Positions 1-10,997 of a stretch of 64,000 nucleotides of DNA are shown here, in pieces; positions within the stretch are counted from its first letter, which is position 1; each line of letters begins with the position of its first letter. The position numbers and the translations under genes are program-made. The notes below the pieces were generated by a model. That model saw only the letters and a program-made list of their open reading frames with translations. It ran no database searches and was not told the DNA's origin. The stretch is taken from assembly GCA_044507405.1 (NCBI GenBank), contig JBIQJS010000005.1, positions 4,450 to 68,449 on the forward strand, in the 5' to 3' direction. The DNA is from Rubrivivax sp. Its GTDB lineage: Bacteria; Pseudomonadota; Gammaproteobacteria; Burkholderiales; Burkholderiaceae_C.

Positions 1-343
1 CGCCAACGTGCTGATCAACGAGCGGGTGCGCGAGGAGCTGCGCGCCGGCGCTGCGCCGCAGGCGGCCATCCACGCCGGATACGAGCGCGCGTGGGCGACC
101 ATCCTCGACTCCAACATCACCACGCTCATCGCCGGCATCGCGCTCTTTGCCTTTGGCTCCGGCCCGATCAAGGGCTTCGCAGTGGTGCACTGCCTGGGCA
201 TCCTCACCTCGATGTTCTCGGCCGTCGTGTTCTCGCGCGGCCTGGTGAACCTCTGGTACGGCCGCCAGAAGAAGCTCAAGAGCGTGTCCATCGGTCAGGT
301 CTGGAAGCCCAAGGCCGCCACCGAGACGCCGGCGAACTCCTGA
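1..343 (+). CDS. secD: Protein translocase subunit SecD, C-terminal part (5' end lies outside the window)
   Basis: [24 protein letters not shown] and GPIKGFAV are SecD C-terminal motifs; directly upstream of secF. Confidence 0.96.
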   Translation, partial: ANVLINERVREELRAGAAPQAAIHAGYERAWATILDSNITTLIAGIALFAFGSGPIKGFAVVHCLGILTSMFSAVVFSRGLVNLWYGRQKKLKSVSIGQVWKPKAATETPANS

Positions 344-378
344 ACGCCCTCCCACAAGTACGCAAACGGACCTGACAC

Positions 379-1413
379 ATGGAGTTCTTCCGCATCCAAC
401 GCGACATCCCGTTCATGCGGCATGCGCTGGTGTTCAACATCATCTCCGTGGCCACCTTCCTGCTGGCGGTGTTCTTCCTGGTCACGCGCGGACTGCACCT
501 GTCGGTGGAATTCACCGGTGGCACGCTGATCGAGGCGCACTACACACAGGCGGCCGATGTCGCCAAGGTACGCGAGACGGTCGAAGCGCTCGGCATGGGC
601 GAGGTGCAGGTCCAGAACTTCGGCAACACCCGCAACGTTCTGATCCGCCTGCCGGTGCGCGGCGACGGCAAGCATGGCGACGTGGTCGAGCGCGTGTTCG
701 GCGAACTGTGCAGGGTGGAGTCGGGCACGGTCTCCCACAAGGCGGCGACGACGGACCAGGGCGAGGTGATCGACAAGGCGGTGTGTACCGCCAACGGCGC
801 CGAGCCGGTGGTGCTCGCGCGCAGCGAATTCGTCGGGCCGCAGGTCGGGCGCGAGCTCGCGGAGGACGGCGCCAAGGCGCTCGCCTTCGTGATCATCGGC
901 ATCATGATCTACCTCGCCATCCGCTTCGAATGGAAGTTCGCGGTGGCCGCGATCGTCGCCAACCTGCACGACGTGATCATCATCCTGGGCTTCTTCGCCT
1001 TCTTCCAGTGGGAGTTCTCGCTCTCTGTGCTGGCGGCGGTGCTGGCCGTGCTGGGCTACTCGGTCAACGAATCGGTGGTGATCTTCGACCGGATCCGCGA
1101 GGCCTTCCGCAAGTACCGCAAGATGACCACCTCCGAAGTGATCGACCATGCGATCACGAGCACCATGAGCCGGACCATCATCACGCACGGCAGCACGCAG
1201 ATGATGGTGCTGTCGATGCTGGTCTTCGGCGGGCCCACGCTGCACTACTTCTCGATCGCGTTGACCATCGGCATCTGCTTCGGCATCTATTCCTCGGTGT
1301 TCGTGGCGGCCGCGATCGCCATGTGGCTGGGCGTCAAGCGCGAGGATCTGGTGAAGTCCGGCCCCTCGAAGGACGCCGATCCCAACGACCCGAACGCCGG
1401 GGCGGTGGTGTAG
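379..1413 (+). CDS. secF: Protein translocase subunit SecF
   Basis: SVEFTGG, EFVGPQVG, GYSVNESVVIFDRIRE and TMSRTIIT motifs. Confidence 0.97.
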   Translation: MEFFRIQRDIPFMRHALVFNIISVATFLLAVFFLVTRGLHLSVEFTGGTLIEAHYTQAADVAKVRETVEALGMGEVQVQNFGNTRNVLIRLPVRGDGKHGDVVERVFGELCRVESGTVSHKAATTDQGEVIDKAVCTANGAEPVVLARSEFVGPQVGRELAEDGAKALAFVIIGIMIYLAIRFEWKFAVAAIVANLHDVIIILGFFAFFQWEFSLSVLAAVLAVLGYSVNESVVIFDRIREAFRKYRKMTTSEVIDHAITSTMSRTIITHGSTQMMVLSMLVFGGPTLHYFSIALTIGICFGIYSSVFVAAAIAMWLGVKREDLVKSGPSKDADPNDPNAGAVV

Positions 1414-1454
1414 AGTAAGGCCATCCCTGAACGAGAACACCGACCGACATTCAC

Positions 1455-3773
1455 ATGGCGACCGCCGCCGACGCGTTGGCCCTGGCCGCCCAGGCGCGAC
1501 GCTCCTACGTAGAGCGCTTGTTGAGCGGTGTGCCCAGCGTGGTCCACTCGGTCGAAGAGGGTGCGCGGCTGCTGGCTGCGCAGACCGCTGAGCATGGCAT
1601 CCAGTACAAGCGGCGCGATGTCGCGACCGACCTGCGCAAGGCGGCCCCCACCTGGATCAACGGCATCATCGCCTCGCTGCGTGGCGCGCTCATGAGCGGC
1701 ATGGTCTCGGCTTCGCGCCCGAGCGATCTGCCGCCCCCTGGCCGCAGCGTGCCCGGCATGTCGCTGGTCGACGACGACACCATCGAAACCGAGATCCTGA
1801 GCTCACGCCTAGCGCTCGCGATGATGGACCGCGCCTCATGGGAATTCACCGACCTGCGCTCGCGCATGTCGTCGCTGGAGAAGCGCGAGGAACTCGATCC
1901 CAACGACGTGCTGCGGCCGCATGTGCTGGCACGCATCGTCACCAGCACCTGGCGTGACGCCGGACTGAGCCAGGAGGCGTGGCGCACGCTGCAGGCGGTG
2001 CTACACGAAGAGTTTGCGCACTTCGCCGAAGAGGCGTACCACGAGACCAACCGCTGGCTGATCCAGCAGCGCGTGCTGCCCGAGATCGACCTGCGTCCCT
2101 TCATCCGCCGCACCCGCAACTCGTACGGGGTGCCACTGACCGTGGGTGTGGGCACGCCCAGCGCGCCGGGGCCGGCGACGGGAGCGCCCAGCACGGGGCA
2201 GGGCCGCCTCGGTTCGGTGGGTGAAGAGACCCGCTTGATGACGCGTGCCGGCGGTTTTGCACGCGGGTCGGATCACGCCGAAGCGGTCCTCGGGCGCCTC
2301 AACCGCCTGATCGGCCGGCAGGTGCCCGATTTCGCCGGCACGGCGCAGTTGCCCCACCAGCCCTCGGCGGGGCTCAAGGCGGCGATCAGCGAGGCGCAGC
2401 AGGGCATCCAGCGGCGCCTCATCAGCACGAGTGGTGCATTGCCGGCCGAGGGCCGGCAGGCCGCGGAAGGCCCCGTCAGCACGCCTGCGCTGCTCGAAGA
2501 GCTGCACCAGCGCAAGCAGGCGCTCAAGCAGGCGGCGTCCACGCCGGTGGAGCGGGCCACGATCGAGATCGTCGCGCTGCTTTTCCAGAGCATCCTGATG
2601 GAGGAGCGCATCCCTGCGGTGGTGCGCGTGTGGTTCGCGCGCCTGCAGATGCCGGTGCTGCGCGTCGCGGTGAGCGAGCCGGACTTCTTCGCGACGGTGG
2701 ACCATCCGGCGCGCCGTCTGATCGACCGCATGGGCGCCTGCGTGATGGGCTTCGACTCCACCAGCCGCGCCGTGGCCGACACGCTCGAGAAGGAAATCAA
2801 GCGTGTGGTCCAGGTGGTGGAGGCGTATCCGGACACCGGCCGCCGCGTCTTCCAGACCGTGCTCACCGAGTTCGAAAAATTCCTCGAGCACTACTTCAAG
2901 AACGAAAACGAGATGACCCGCAAGGGCGTTTCGCTGGCGCAGCAGGTGGAGCAGCGCGAGACGCTCGCGATCCAGTACACCATCGAACTGCGCAAGATGC
3001 TCAACGAGGTGCCGGTGCAGGAGGGCGTGCGCGAATTCCTCTTCCACGTCTGGGCCGACGTGATGGCAATGACCGCCGTCAAGCACGGCCCGCAGGGCAA
3101 CGAGACCAAGGCCATGAAGCGTGTGGCCGCCGACCTCATCTGGTCGGCCAGCGCGAAGGTGTCGCGGGAGGAGCGAGCCGAGGTGATCCGTCGCCTGCCC
3201 CCGCTGCTCAAGACGCTGCGCGAAGGCATGGACCACGCCAACATCCCGGCCGACAAGCAGGATGAGCACATCCAGAAGCTCAACAACTCGCTGGCCGCGG
3301 CGTTCACCGCCAAGACCGCCACGATCGCGCCCGAGCGGCTGGAAGAGCTGATGGGCCGCCTCGAAACGCTGGAAGAACTGCTGCCCGACACCGACGACAT
3401 CGACATCGACGAATCCATGGTGCTCGACCTTTCGGGCCATGAAAGCGCCGAACTCGAAGTCGTGGGTGAAGGGGGTTCGATGGCCACGCCGGCCATGCTC
3501 GCCTGGGCCAAGGAACTGCAGGTGGGCGGCTGGTACATGCTCGACTACCGTGGCCGCAACGAAGCCGTGCAACTCGTCTGGCAAGGCATGCGCCGGCAGT
3601 TGACGCTCTTTGTCTCGCCGCACGGCCGCGGCATCCTGTTCCAGTTGAACCGCCTGGCGGCCTTCCTGCAGGCCGGGCTGCTCGTGCCGGCGCAGGATGA
3701 GTCGCTGACCGTGCGTGCGACGCGCAGTGCGCTGGCCAAGCTCGATGTGGATCCGAGCCGCCTGCTGAACTGA
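1455..3773 (+). CDS. DUF1631-family protein, function unknown (772 aa)
   Basis: Long helical ORF with IEIVALLFQSIL, RLQMPVLRVA and HPARRLIDRMG motifs that I recognise as DUF1631; host-like codon usage. Confidence 0.8.
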   Translation: MATAADALALAAQARRSYVERLLSGVPSVVHSVEEGARLLAAQTAEHGIQYKRRDVATDLRKAAPTWINGIIASLRGALMSGMVSASRPSDLPPPGRSVPGMSLVDDDTIETEILSSRLALAMMDRASWEFTDLRSRMSSLEKREELDPNDVLRPHVLARIVTSTWRDAGLSQEAWRTLQAVLHEEFAHFAEEAYHETNRWLIQQRVLPEIDLRPFIRRTRNSYGVPLTVGVGTPSAPGPATGAPSTGQGRLGSVGEETRLMTRAGGFARGSDHAEAVLGRLNRLIGRQVPDFAGTAQLPHQPSAGLKAAISEAQQGIQRRLISTSGALPAEGRQAAEGPVSTPALLEELHQRKQALKQAASTPVERATIEIVALLFQSILMEERIPAVVRVWFARLQMPVLRVAVSEPDFFATVDHPARRLIDRMGACVMGFDSTSRAVADTLEKEIKRVVQVVEAYPDTGRRVFQTVLTEFEKFLEHYFKNENEMTRKGVSLAQQVEQRETLAIQYTIELRKMLNEVPVQEGVREFLFHVWADVMAMTAVKHGPQGNETKAMKRVAADLIWSASAKVSREERAEVIRRLPPLLKTLREGMDHANIPADKQDEHIQKLNNSLAAAFTAKTATIAPERLEELMGRLETLEELLPDTDDIDIDESMVLDLSGHESAELEVVGEGGSMATPAMLAWAKELQVGGWYMLDYRGRNEAVQLVWQGMRRQLTLFVSPHGRGILFQLNRLAAFLQAGLLVPAQDESLTVRATRSALAKLDVDPSRLLN

Positions 3774-3787
3774 AACACTGCCACTCC

Positions 3788-3815
3788 AAAAAGCAAAGCC
3801 GCCCCAGGGCGGCTT
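3788..3815 (-). terminator. Probable intrinsic terminator between the convergent DUF1631 and smg genes
   Basis: Stem AAGCCGCC-ccag-GGCGGCTT preceded by an A-tract, which reads as a U-tract on the minus strand. Confidence 0.7.
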
Positions 3816-3834
3816 GGTCGTGATCCGGCGCTGT

Positions 3835-4287
3835 TCAGTGGATGAGCCGGTCTTCCTCGGCGACGAAGAGTTCGTCCAGGATCAGCGCGTCCGGCTCTTC
3901 GCCCAGGCTCCAGAAGACCATCAGCACGATGATCTTGAGGTCTTCGAGGTCGACGGGTCCACCCGGGATGGCCGTCGCGCGATCGATCACCATCTCCCGC
4001 ATCGAGGGCGGCAGCACGCCGGCCGATTCCAGGAAGCTCACGAAGCCGATCGAGTGTTCGCCGAGATGCTCTTGCTCGGCGATCGAATAGACACGCAGGC
4101 TGTCGGCGCGTTGCTCGCCGGTGTAGGACTCGGCGGCGGTCGCCAGTCCGTCCAGCCAGGTGAGGGCTTCTTCGATCTCGTCCGATTCGAAGCCCACCGC
4201 CGAAAGCTTGCGTGTCAGCTGGGCATGATCGGGACAGGCATCCGGCCGCCAGTAGTTTTCGTACAGGTAGACGAGCACGTCGAACAT
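3835..4287 (-). CDS. smg: Smg / DUF494 family protein
   Basis: MFDVLVYLYENY start and EIEEALTWL; downstream of dprA as is typical. Confidence 0.92.
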   Translation of the reverse strand: MFDVLVYLYENYWRPDACPDHAQLTRKLSAVGFESDEIEEALTWLDGLATAAESYTGEQRADSLRVYSIAEQEHLGEHSIGFVSFLESAGVLPPSMREMVIDRATAIPGGPVDLEDLKIIVLMVFWSLGEEPDALILDELFVAEEDRLIH

Positions 4288-4362
4288 GAATTCACTATAC
4301 CCCAGCGTGCTTGTCCGGGAAGCGGAATAAATGCACTGCTGCCAGCAAGGGGTTGCCCTCGG

Positions 4363-5478
4363 TCAGCCGGTGCTCACACGCTGGAAAAGCTGGCCCGGCA
4401 GACGCGCCACGATGCCCAGGAGTTCGAGTTCGAGCAGCCTCGCGTTCAACTCGGGTGCCGGCCAGCCGGTGCGCGCCACCAGGGCGTCAAGACCGACTGG
4501 GTCGTGGCCCAGGGCGGTGATCAAGGGGTCCTCGTCGGCCGTGCTATGAGGAGCCGTTTCCGCCGCCGGCTCTGCGGGGCGGCGACAGGCGTGGGTCGGC
4601 AATGCATTCAACACGTCCTCTGCGCTCTCGACCAGCTGAGCGCCCTGCTTGATCAGCGCATGACATCCCCGCGATTGCGGCGAGTGGATCGAGCCCGGGA
4701 TCGCGAAGACTTCGCGGCCGGCTTCGTTGGCCATGCGCGCGGTGATCAGCGAGCCGGATTGCAGCGCGGCCTCGACCACCAACGTGCCGACGGTGAGTCC
4801 GGCGATGATGCGGTTGCGCTGAGGGAAGTTCTGCGCGAGCGGCGGGGTGCCGATCGCGTACTCGCTGACGATGGCGCCCTGCTCGGCGATCCGGCGAGCG
4901 AGTTCCAGGTGCCGGCGCGGGTACACCCGGTCGAGACCGGTGCCCACCACCGCGATGGTGCGGCCGGCGCCGGCCAGCCCTCCCTCATGGGCGGCGCCGT
5001 CCACGCCAAGCGCCATGCCGGAGACGATGGTCCAGCCCGCCCGGCTCAGGTGCGTGGCGAATGCCAGGGCGTTCTCGCGGCCCTGCGGGGTCGGATTGCG
5101 GCTGCCGACCATGCCGATGCCTGGTGCGCTGAGCAGGGCGGCATCGCCCTGCACATAGAGCAGCAAAGGCGGGTCGGCGGTTTGCAGCAGGAGCTCGGGA
5201 TAGGCGGGGTCGCCCAGTGCCAGGACGTGCCGCGGGCCGGTGCTGTCGTCCGCGAGCCAGCGCAAGGTGGCGGACAGGCGCTCGTCGTAGCGGTCGGGCA
5301 CTGCGTCCAGCGATTTGGCGGTGGACGCCGGGACGACTTCGCGGCGAGCCTGCTCAGGCGCACGGAGCACGGCATCGGGCGAGCCAAAGGCCGCCAGCAG
5401 CCGGCGCGCCGATTCTCGACCGACCTCAGGCGTTTCGAGGAGCCGCAGCCAGGCGGCGACTTCGTCCTGTTCCATCAC
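4363..5478 (-). CDS. dprA: DNA-processing protein DprA (Smf)
   Basis: VGSR, SGMALGVDGAAH, FPQRNRIIAGL and SGSLITA motifs; C-terminal winged helix. Confidence 0.96.
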   Translation of the reverse strand: MMEQDEVAAWLRLLETPEVGRESARRLLAAFGSPDAVLRAPEQARREVVPASTAKSLDAVPDRYDERLSATLRWLADDSTGPRHVLALGDPAYPELLLQTADPPLLLYVQGDAALLSAPGIGMVGSRNPTPQGRENALAFATHLSRAGWTIVSGMALGVDGAAHEGGLAGAGRTIAVVGTGLDRVYPRRHLELARRIAEQGAIVSEYAIGTPPLAQNFPQRNRIIAGLTVGTLVVEAALQSGSLITARMANEAGREVFAIPGSIHSPQSRGCHALIKQGAQLVESAEDVLNALPTHACRRPAEPAAETAPHSTADEDPLITALGHDPVGLDALVARTGWPAPELNARLLELELLGIVARLPGQLFQRVSTG

Positions 5479-5512
5479 GGGCGCCCGGGGCAGCCGCGTG
5501 CCGAGCCGGCGT

Positions 5513-6661
5513 TCAGGGCTGGGTGAAGCGGTCGCCTCGCGTCACCGGGTCCTTGACCGACAGGATCAAGGCATAGGACATGCGGCTGAACACGCGGAAG
5601 ACGAAGAGGTAGCCGTGGCGCTCGTCTGGCAGCTTGATGCGCGTGCCGCCGTCGGTGGTGTCCTTGATGTGCGAGCCATCGCGCCACAGCGCAAGCACGT
5701 GGCCGCTCTCCAGGCCGTCCTGGCTGCCCTTGTTGAGTGCAACGATGTGATTCTGGCCGGCGTTCACGCCTTCGCCGTAGATCGAGACGATCCGGCCGGC
5801 GATCGGCTGCTGAGGGGCACGCGGCGCGTAGTTGAGGAACTCGCGCGGCGGCACGGGCGCGAGCTTGTCGCCCACCCGCATTTCCTGGCGCACCGTGGCC
5901 ACGGTGAAGGTGTCGGGCACGATCTCGCCGTTCGTGCTGGAGCCCTTGCGGGTGAATTCGGCGGTGCCGAGGTAGTGCGCTTCGTAGCCGAGGATCTCGT
6001 TGGTGGTCGGGTCCTTCAGCGGACGCGGCTCGCGGAAGACGCGGAAGTTGCGCGCATTGCCCAGTTCGCCGCGCACGTACGCCGTGTCGCCGCGCGACAG
6101 CAGCACGCGGCCTTCCTGCGTGCCGACGATGCGCGGCGAGGCGGCCAGCTGGTTGGTGTCGAAGATGACCGCTTCGTTGAGGAAGGGCTCGATCAGGTGC
6201 ACCGGGATCGACGGGATGCCGTCACGGCCGAGGTCGCTGCTGCGCACGCGCGGCGAGAGCCGGACGGTGCCGTCGGGTCCGACCTGGCCGACACGCAGCA
6301 TCGCGCGGCCATCGACCTTGATGAGCGAGAGGACCTGCCCGGGAAAGATCAGGTGGGGGTTGCGGATCTGGTCCATGTTCATGCCCCAGAGCTCGGGCCA
6401 GCGCCACGGGCTCCTGAGGTACATGCGGGAGATGTCCCAGAGCGTGTCGCCCGACTTGACGGTGTAGACGTCGGGGGCGTTGTCGGCCAGTTCGGAGAGC
6501 GGCACGCCGGCCTGGGCGACCTGCTGGGCCGTGCTGCGCTGCTGGCTGGTGATCGGGAAGTTGGGTTCGGCCGCCCAAGCGGAGCCGACTCCGACGCCGA
6601 GCGCCACGGTGATCGCAGAAGCCCGGAAGTAGGCCAGGGCAGGACGGGTGCTTCGGGTCAT
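5513..6661 (-). CDS. tsaP: LysM peptidoglycan-binding protein, likely the type IV pilus secretin-associated protein TsaP
   Basis: Signal peptide and LysM domain (YTVKSGDTLWDIS...WPELW...NPHLIFPG); lies between def and dprA like Pseudomonas tsaP; start placed at ATG 6661. Confidence 0.8.
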   Translation of the reverse strand: MTRSTRPALAYFRASAITVALGVGVGSAWAAEPNFPITSQQRSTAQQVAQAGVPLSELADNAPDVYTVKSGDTLWDISRMYLRSPWRWPELWGMNMDQIRNPHLIFPGQVLSLIKVDGRAMLRVGQVGPDGTVRLSPRVRSSDLGRDGIPSIPVHLIEPFLNEAVIFDTNQLAASPRIVGTQEGRVLLSRGDTAYVRGELGNARNFRVFREPRPLKDPTTNEILGYEAHYLGTAEFTRKGSSTNGEIVPDTFTVATVRQEMRVGDKLAPVPPREFLNYAPRAPQQPIAGRIVSIYGEGVNAGQNHIVALNKGSQDGLESGHVLALWRDGSHIKDTTDGGTRIKLPDERHGYLFVFRVFSRMSYALILSVKDPVTRGDRFTQP

Positions 6662-6925
6662 GAACGTAAGTCTCCGGGGCGCGTCAGACAGCACAATGCT
6701 GGGCTGTGCGGTTACTGAGCCGAGAGCGGCAAGGTGCCCGCGCTTCGGCGAAAATCTTCATTCAGTTTCGCAGATTCTGCCCGTAAACCCTTGATATCGC
6801 AACGAAAGTCACCCGCCGATACCTTTGTTGTGCTGCCTGTCACGATGGCTGACGTTGCTCGTCACCCACAGCGCCTGGCTGCACCCGGGTCGTCCCTTGG
6901 TTGCCCTTGATTGCCGTCCACCGCC

Positions 6926-7438
6926 ATGTCCAAGCTCGACATCCTTCGCTACCCCGACCCGCGCCTGCACACGGTCGCCCAACCCGTGGCCGTGGTCGAT
7001 GACCGCATCCGCACGCTGGTCGACGACATGCTGGAAACCATGTACGCCGCCGAGGGCGTCGGCTTGGCGGCGACCCAGGTCGACGTGCACGAGCGCGTCA
7101 TCGTGATCGACACCTCCGAGGGCCGTGACGAGCCCCGCGTGCTCATCAATCCCGAGTTGCTGCAGCGCAGCGAGGAAATGACGGTGGGTGACGAAGGTTG
7201 TCTGTCGGTGCCGACCATTTATGACAAGGTGCCGCGCCACGCCCGCGTGAGGGTGCGCGCGCTCGACCGCGACGGCGAGGCTTACGAATTCGATGCCGAC
7301 GGTTTGCTCTCGGTGTGCGTCCAGCACGAGATGGATCACCTGATGGGCAAGGTGTTCGTCGAGTACCTGAGCCCGCTCAAGCGCGACCGCATCAAGACCA
7401 AGATGCTCAAGAAGGCGCGGGAAGAGCAGCGCCCATGA
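6926..7438 (+). CDS. def: Peptide deformylase
   Basis: [13 protein letters not shown] and QHEMDH motifs. Confidence 0.98.
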   Translation: MSKLDILRYPDPRLHTVAQPVAVVDDRIRTLVDDMLETMYAAEGVGLAATQVDVHERVIVIDTSEGRDEPRVLINPELLQRSEEMTVGDEGCLSVPTIYDKVPRHARVRVRALDRDGEAYEFDADGLLSVCVQHEMDHLMGKVFVEYLSPLKRDRIKTKMLKKAREEQRP

Positions 7439-8391
7439 GGGTCGCCTTCGCAGGCACCCCCGAATTCGCTGCCGTGGCGCTGGAGCGCCTGCACGCGGCG
7501 GGCCACGAGATGGCGCTGGTGCTGACCCAGCCGGACCGTCCGGCCGGCCGGGGCTTGAAGCTCACGCCGTCGCCGGTCAAGGCCGGTGCCATGGCGCACG
7601 GCATCGCGGTCGAACAGCCCCGCAGCCTGCGTTTGGACGGCAAGTACCCCGACGAAGCCGCTCGGGCACGTGCCGCGCTCGAAGCCGCCCGCCCCGAGGT
7701 GATGGTGGTGGCGGCCTACGGGCTCATCCTGCCGCAGTGGGTGCTGGACCTGCCCGCGCGCGGCTGCCTGAACATCCACGCCTCGCTGCTGCCGCGCTGG
7801 CGCGGCGCGGCGCCCATCCACCGTGCGATCGAGGCGGGGGACGCGCGCACCGGCATCACCATCATGCAGATGGACGCCGGGCTCGACACCGGCGACATGC
7901 TGCTGGTGGAAGCGATCGACATCGCTCCCGACGACACCACCGCGCGCCTGCACGACCGCCTCGCCGAACTCGGCGGCCGGCTGATCGTGGAAGCGCTCGA
8001 ACAGGCCGGCCGCGATGCGCTCGTCCGCACGCCCCAGCCGTCCGACGGCGTGACCTATGCGCACAAGATCGACAAGGCGGAAGCGTCGATCGACTGGACG
8101 CTGCCGGCCGAGGTGATCGAACGCCGCATTCGCGCCTTCGACCCCTTCCCGGGTGCGAGCACCATGCTGGCGGGCGAGGCGCTCAAGCTGTGGCGCGCCA
8201 AGGTGGCCCAAGGCGCCGGCAACCCGGGTTCGGTGTTGGCGGTCACTGACGAGCACGTGACCATTGCGTGCGGCACCGGCGCGCTCCAGGTGACCGAATG
8301 GCAGCGCCCTGGCGGCAAGCGGCTGTCGGCGCGACAGTTCCTTCAGGCCCATCCGATGCACCCCGGCCTGCGCCTGGGACCTGTCCATTGA
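7435..8391 (+). CDS. fmt: Methionyl-tRNA formyltransferase
   Basis: [12 protein letters not shown] and [20 protein letters not shown] overlap with def. Confidence 0.97.
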   Translation: MRVAFAGTPEFAAVALERLHAAGHEMALVLTQPDRPAGRGLKLTPSPVKAGAMAHGIAVEQPRSLRLDGKYPDEAARARAALEAARPEVMVVAAYGLILPQWVLDLPARGCLNIHASLLPRWRGAAPIHRAIEAGDARTGITIMQMDAGLDTGDMLLVEAIDIAPDDTTARLHDRLAELGGRLIVEALEQAGRDALVRTPQPSDGVTYAHKIDKAEASIDWTLPAEVIERRIRAFDPFPGASTMLAGEALKLWRAKVAQGAGNPGSVLAVTDEHVTIACGTGALQVTEWQRPGGKRLSARQFLQAHPMHPGLRLGPVH

Positions 8392-8452
8392 ACTTTGCCG
8401 CGCCGGCCGCACCTCAGGGGCTGGACGATTTCCCCTCACGGAGACACCTGAC

Positions 8453-9292
8453 ATGTTCAATCTGTTGAAGACGGCTGTCCTGATGGCCGCCATCACGGCG
8501 CTCTTCATGGCCATCGGTGCCATGGTCGGTGGGCGCGCCGGGATGATGTTCGCGCTGATCCTGGCGCTGGGCATGAACTTCTTCAGCTACTGGTTCTCGG
8601 ACAAGCTCGTCCTGCGCATGTACAACGCCCGCGAGGTGGACGAAACCACCGCGCCGGCCTTCTACCGCATGGTCCGCGAACTGGCCGAGCGGGCCCAGCT
8701 GCCGATGCCGCGCGTGTACCTCATCCAGGAGGACGCGCCCAACGCCTTCGCCACCGGCCGCAACCCGCAGAACGCCGCGGTCGCTGCCACCACCGGCATC
8801 CTGCGGGTGCTGTCCGAACGGGAGTTGCGCGGCGTGATGGCGCACGAACTCGCGCACGTGAAGCACCGCGACATCCTCATCAGCACCATCAGCGCCACCA
8901 TGGCGGGCGCGATCTCGATGCTGGCCAACTTCGCGATGTTCTTCGGGGGCCGGGACAGCGAAGGCCGACCGCAGAACCCGATCGTGGGCCTGGCGGTGAT
9001 GATCCTCGCGCCACTGGCGGCGAGCCTGATCCAGATGGCGATCAGCCGGGCGCGCGAGTTCGAAGCCGACCGCGGTGGCGCCGAGATCTCCGGCGACCCG
9101 GCGGCGCTCGCGAGCGCGCTGCAGAAGATCCAGCGCTACGCGCAGGGCCTGCCGATGGAGGCGGCCGAGCGCCATCCCGAGACGGCGCAGATGATGATCA
9201 TGAACCCGCTCTCGGGCGGCGGCCTGCGCGGTCTCTTCTCCACCCACCCCTCGACCGAGGAGCGGGTGCAGCGCCTGCTCGCCATGGTCTGA
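8453..9292 (+). CDS. htpX: Zinc metalloprotease HtpX
   Basis: [22 protein letters not shown] and STHP motifs. Confidence 0.96.
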   Translation: MFNLLKTAVLMAAITALFMAIGAMVGGRAGMMFALILALGMNFFSYWFSDKLVLRMYNAREVDETTAPAFYRMVRELAERAQLPMPRVYLIQEDAPNAFATGRNPQNAAVAATTGILRVLSERELRGVMAHELAHVKHRDILISTISATMAGAISMLANFAMFFGGRDSEGRPQNPIVGLAVMILAPLAASLIQMAISRAREFEADRGGAEISGDPAALASALQKIQRYAQGLPMEAAERHPETAQMMIMNPLSGGGLRGLFSTHPSTEERVQRLLAMV

Positions 9293-9300
9293 CGGGAGTG

Positions 9301-9326
9301 AAAAGCGGGGTTTAGGCCCCGCTTTT
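9301..9326 (+). terminator. Intrinsic terminator after htpX, possibly bidirectional
   Basis: AAAAGCGGGG-tttagg-CCCCGCTTTT hairpin. Confidence 0.75.
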
Positions 9327-9391
9327 GCGCTCAAGGCGCGCGCGTCGCCTGCCGACAATCGGATCAGGACTCTCCTTTCCCGATCCCTGCC

Positions 9392-9808
9392 ATGCGACGC
9401 CTCCCCCTCGTCTCCCTCCTGCTCACGGCCGCGGCGCTGGCCGGCTGCGACGTGCTGGGCGGTGATGCCGCCGAGAAGCTCGCGGCCGCCAAGGAAGCCG
9501 AGGGCCGTGCCATTGGCGGCGCCTGCCGCCATGCCGGCCGCGCCATCGAAGACTGCTACGCGCTCAACAAGAAGGCCGACAAGGCCTCCGTGTTCGCCGG
9601 CTGGCGCGACATGAACGACTACATGCGCGAGAACAAGATCGAGGCCGTCGCGCCGCAACTGGGCGCGCGCGTGCGCACCGAAACCCGGAGCGAAAGCCGC
9701 AGCGCGGAGCCGCGACCCGAGCCGGTGCCCGAGGCGCTGGCGGCCGAGACCGCCTTGCCCGAGAAGAAGATCGTCAAGCCGCTGCGTCCGAAGGCGCAGG
9801 AATACTGA
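9392..9808 (+). CDS. Hypothetical lipoprotein
   Basis: Lipobox ALAGC; conserved-looking core AIGGACRHAGRAIEDCY...GWRDMNDYMREN. Confidence 0.75.
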   Translation: MRRLPLVSLLLTAAALAGCDVLGGDAAEKLAAAKEAEGRAIGGACRHAGRAIEDCYALNKKADKASVFAGWRDMNDYMRENKIEAVAPQLGARVRTETRSESRSAEPRPEPVPEALAAETALPEKKIVKPLRPKAQEY

Positions 9809-9860
9809 GCCTTTGCCAAGGCCCCGCACGCCGCGACCGGCGGGCTGGGACAATCCCCGC

Positions 9861-10607
9861 ATGCCTTCCCTGAGCCAGACGCTGCGCCATCCCCAGTTCC
9901 GCGCGGGGGCGCGCGAGATGAGTGCCGTGAGCCTGGGCATCGCGGCCTGGGGCCTGGTGACCGGCGTGGCGATGGTCAAGGGCGGGCTCTCGATCCCGCT
10001 GGCGCTGCTGATGACCTTCGTGGTCTACGCCGGCAGCGCGCAGCTCGCGGCCCTGCCGCTGATGACGGTGGGCACGCCGGTCTGGGTGATCTGGGCCACG
10101 GCCCTGTGCATCAACCTGCGCTTCGTGATCTTCAGCGCGCAATGGCGGCCCTACTTCATGCGCTACCGCCTGCGCGACCGCCTGCTGTTCGGCTACGTGA
10201 GCGGCGACCTCACCTACGTGCTCTTCATGAAGCGCTTTCCCGAGGCGCGCGACGGCGAAGGCCAGATCGAATACTTCGCCGGTGCCTCGGCCGCCAACTG
10301 GGTGAGCTGGCAGGTGCCGGCGGTGGCGGGCATCCTGCTGGCCGACGTCATTCCCACGCAATGGGGCCTGGGCTTCGCCGGCGTGCTGGCCCTGCTCGGC
10401 CTCACCTATTCGCTGCTGACCGATCGCGCCACGCTGCTCGCCGCCGCGGTGGCGGGCGCGGCGGCGGTGGCTGCGTTCGCATTGCCGATGCGGCTGCACA
10501 TCGTGGTCGCGATCGCCGCGGCCGTGTGCATCGGGCTCATGATCGACGGCAGCGGCAGTGCGGGCCGCCGCCTGCGCGCCGCGCTCCAAGGGAGGGCGCC
10601 CGCATGA
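9861..10607 (+). CDS. azlC: AzlC-family branched-chain amino acid exporter subunit
   Basis: YAGSAQLA and INLRFVIFS motifs; multiple TM segments. Confidence 0.88.
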   Translation: MPSLSQTLRHPQFRAGAREMSAVSLGIAAWGLVTGVAMVKGGLSIPLALLMTFVVYAGSAQLAALPLMTVGTPVWVIWATALCINLRFVIFSAQWRPYFMRYRLRDRLLFGYVSGDLTYVLFMKRFPEARDGEGQIEYFAGASAANWVSWQVPAVAGILLADVIPTQWGLGFAGVLALLGLTYSLLTDRATLLAAAVAGAAAVAAFALPMRLHIVVAIAAAVCIGLMIDGSGSAGRRLRAALQGRAPA

Positions 10608-10933
10608 GCGACGGCTATGCACTCCTGACCATCGCCGGGCTCACCGTCATCACGGTGCTCACGCGCGGCTTCTTCCTCATCTCCGAGCGTGAGCTCGTGC
10701 TGCCCGACTGGGTGCAGCGCGGCCTGCGCTATGCGCCGCTGGCAGCCCTCGCGGCGGTGGTCGTGCCCGAGGTCGTGATGACCGACGGCATGCTCATCCA
10801 CACCTGGAAGGACGCACGCCTCTACGCGGCTGCCGCCGCCACGGCGTACTTCTTCTGGCGCCGCGGCATCCTCGGCACCATCGTCACCGGCATGGTGGTG
10901 CTGATGCCCTTGAAGCTCGGTCTGGGCTGGTGA
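10604..10933 (+). CDS. azlD: AzlD-family membrane protein
   Basis: Small hydrophobic ORF with LRYAPLAALAAVVVP; ATGA overlap with azlC. Confidence 0.85.
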   Translation: MSDGYALLTIAGLTVITVLTRGFFLISERELVLPDWVQRGLRYAPLAALAAVVVPEVVMTDGMLIHTWKDARLYAAAAATAYFFWRRGILGTIVTGMVVLMPLKLGLGW

Positions 10934-10997
10934 TCCGGCCTGCTTTCATGGTGTCCAATAGCGGGCTGCGAATCACAACATCACGTCCCGCCCCACC

